DNA of 64,000 nucleotides, from assembly GCF_030028105.1 (NCBI RefSeq), contig NC_092373.1, positions 174,445,556 through 174,509,555 on the forward strand. The letters run 5' to 3'. Source of the stretch: Mobula birostris. Its lineage: Eukaryota. Positions within the stretch are counted from its first letter, which is position 1, and every line of letters starts with the position of its first letter. The notes under the pieces are model-generated. The model made no database searches and had not been told where the DNA came from. It was given only the letters and a program-made list of their open reading frames with translations. A program made the translations under genes and the position numbers. Below are positions 61,335-64,000 of this stretch, piece after piece.

Positions 61335-62058
61335 GGCTGAGTGTGTTTTGGTTAGTTGGCATGGGTGAATGAGTGTGAATGTGTTTTGGCAGTGAAGGCA
61401 TGTGTGCAGTGTGGTAAGTGATTGTGAGTGTGAGGGTGTAGACAGTTACCGGGTGTGCGTCAATGTGTGGTGAGGATGTGGTGTACGTACATGTGTGCAG
61501 CCTAAGCACATATCACTGAGTGTGTGGGCACATGTGCACTGAGGGTGGGGCAGAAACGAAGACTTGAATTTCCCTTCACTATAGCAATTGCAATGACAGT
61601 GAGGGTTAAATTGAGGGATTGCCAAAGGTCACATCGAACAAAGGTGGGTGGGGAATTATGTGATCTGCCTAAACAAGGAAGATGAACTGGATCATGAAAC
61701 AGCTGAGAGGGGAAGAGTGAGATTTAGGTAATACTTATGTAGATATGTGATACATACATCCACAGATGTGTAGGGATGTTATCAACAGACAAGAGGGTAA
61801 ATATTGACCATCTGTTTCTCAAGACAACCATTAAAGAAAAAAACACCACTGATCTACCTACCTACATGGTCACATATTCCTCGACCCCTCTAATTGCCAG
61901 AAATTTATGGCTGAAACTTAAAACAGTGTTGAATAGGTTCTTGATGGTAAGGGTCTCAATGGTTATGGGGAGAAGGCAAGAGAATGGGGTTAAGAGGGAA
62001 AATAAATCAGCATGGCAGAGCAGACTCATTGAGCAGAATGGCCTAGTACTGTTCCTAT

Positions 62059-62972
62059 GGACTGAGTCACCCCAGTCTGCCAGGGTATAGCATGCCAAAG
62101 GTTCACCATTATGGATGGAGTCACCCCAGTCCCCCAGGGTAGAAGATTCCAAAGGTTCACCATTATGGACTGGGTCACCGCAGTCCACCAGGGTAGAGGA
62201 TTCTAGAGGTTCACCATTATGGACTGAGTCACCCCAGTCCGCCAGGGTATAGCATGCCAAAGGTTCACCATTATGGACTGAGTCACCCCAGTCCGCCAGG
62301 GTATAGCATGCCAAAGGTTCACCATTATGGACTGGGTCACCGCAGACCGCCAGGGTAGAGGATTCCAAAGGTTCACCATTATGGACTGAATCACCCCAGT
62401 CTGCCAGGGAAGAGGATTCCAAAGCTTCACCATTATGGACTGGGTCACCCCAGTCCGCCAGGGAAGAGGATTCCAAAGGTTCACCATTATGGACTGAATC
62501 ACCCCAGTCTGCCAGGGAAGAGGATTCCAAAGCTTCACCATTATGGACTGGGTCACCCCAGTCCGCCAGGATAGAGGATTCCAAAGGTTCACCATTATGG
62601 ACTGAATCACCCCAGTCCGCCAGGGTAGAGAATGCCAAAGCTTCACCATTATGGACTGAATCACCCCAGTCTGCCAGGGAAGAGGATTCCAAAGCTTCAC
62701 CATTATGGACTGGGTCACCCCAGTCCGCCAGGATAGAGGATTCGAAAGGTTCACCATTATGGACTGAATCACCCCAGTCTGCCAGGGTAGAGAATGCCAA
62801 AGCTTCACCATTATGGACTGAGTCACCCCAGTCTGCCAGGGTAGAGACTTCCGAAGGTTCACCATTATAGACTGAGTCACCCCAGTCCACCAGGGTGGAG
62901 GATTCCAAACGTTCACCATTATGGACTGAGTCACCGCAGTCCCCCAGGGTAGAGAATGCTAAATGTTCACCA
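62059..62972. repeat. 54-bp minisatellite, 17 copies
   Basis: Unit ggactgagtcaccccagtccgccagggtagaggattccaaaggttcaccattat with exact 54-bp period (for example, starts at 62221 and 62761). Confidence 0.97.
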
Positions 62973-64000
62973 CCCTCTTGAGATAAGGACGAGTTTCTTC
63001 ACTCAGTGGTAAACACCCACCCTGTTCTGTAAGAGTTTTGTGAATTTCCATTTGACCTCCGTTCATTCCTTCAGCCTCTCGAGATTAGAGGCCCTCTTCA
63101 TTCTACAAGCCCACCAGCCCCTCTGTGCTGCCTGTATGGCAAGATCATCCTTGTTTGGGTGAGGGTAGCAGAATTGTTTATGGTTCTTCATGAAATTATC
63201 TACATGTCAATGTCAAGCACAAGTGCTCTGTATGCACAGGTGCTCTGAAAATCTTGTTCACAGTAGCATCACATGCACATGGGATCAGGTAAGTATAATT
63301 CAAATGAAAAACAGGTTATACATTTTTACAAGAGGAAAACACAAATAGAACAAAGACAAACTCACACTTTGCAGTGCAAAGTGGTCATAGTGCTGCTAAA
63401 CTGCGGTGCGCCAGTTGGTTTTACAATCAAATGGTTGGAAGGAAGTAGTCATTCTTGATCCTAGTGGTGTGGCCCGTCAGGCTTCATTACTTCCTGCTGG
63501 ATGATAGCCGCATAACGATGGCATAGCTGGGATACTGCGAATCTTTGTTAGTTTGGAATTGGCTTATTAATTTTGTCTTGCACTGCTTTTCAAACAGATC
63601 AAATTACACAGTGCATTGAAATAGAACAAGGTAAAACAATAACAGAGCACAAAATAAAACTAACAGCTACAGAGAAAGTGCAGTGCAGATTGTGTGGTCA
63701 AGAGTCCATCTTATCATCAGTCCTTGGGGGAGGACAACAAAACTGTATATGATTCTCCATGGAAAGTCTACAACCACAGAAGTTCCTGCAGGATTGGAGG
63801 TGTGTCCTCCAGTCCTGCAAGTATCAAAACATTTGCATTCCACCAAGTCCTCGGTTTTCCTTCACTTTCTACATTAGGGACTATTCTCTCAGCCGCCAAG
63901 ATCCCAAATTCAGCATTCCTTGCCAAAACCTTTACAAATCTTTTAAGTTATTCCTTAAAATCCATCCTTCTGTTTTAGCCTTCAGTCTCTTGTCCTGTTG

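Noticed and set aside
60299-61509. 207-aa and 375-aa minus-strand ORFs
   Set aside because: Derived from the 29-bp repeat and the N gap.
62059-62972. CRISPR-like array (hairpin repeat at regular spacing)
   Set aside because: The intervening sequence is also repeated, so there are no unique spacers. Eukaryotic context and no cas genes.
63240-63294. Possible exon 2 of the plus gene ending at CAG|GTAAGT
   Set aside because: Lies in an antisense LINE 3' tail (reverse complement resembles 42180-42270); weak acceptor.

Overview
This is repeat-dense vertebrate genomic DNA. The repeat repertoire (CR1 LINEs, Rex-Babar LINEs, HE1-type SINEs, Penelope-derived elements) looks like a cartilaginous fish, probably a ray; this is an inference. 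Most listed ORFs are decayed transposon fragments or noise. Host genes appear only as short candidate exons. One is a minus-strand gene starting in a CpG island near 27 kb, with signal-peptide exon 26913-26961 and candidate exons 3276-3377 and 3011-3031. The other is a plus-strand gene starting in a CpG island at 60.2-61.1 kb, with signal-peptide exon 61022-61064 and upstream ISRE/EICE/kB-like motifs. The standout is a nested LTR cluster at 5208-12064. Two unrelated non-autonomous Gypsy elements have each lost much of pol and carry spliced-looking host coiled-coil coding sequence fused in frame. The outer element carries a RABEP1 / SH3KBP1(CIN85) / RABEP1 mosaic. The inner element carries three discontinuous pieces of a sarcomeric myosin rod, most like MYH16. 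Also seen: a Penelope-type minimal hammerhead ribozyme inside a fold-back, a minisatellite made of copies of the neighbouring splice donor, a 54-bp minisatellite apparently born from a CR1 fragment, and several nested hAT/CR1/MITE insertions. Protein family calls come from recalled sequences, not database searches. Boundaries of decayed repeats are approximate.
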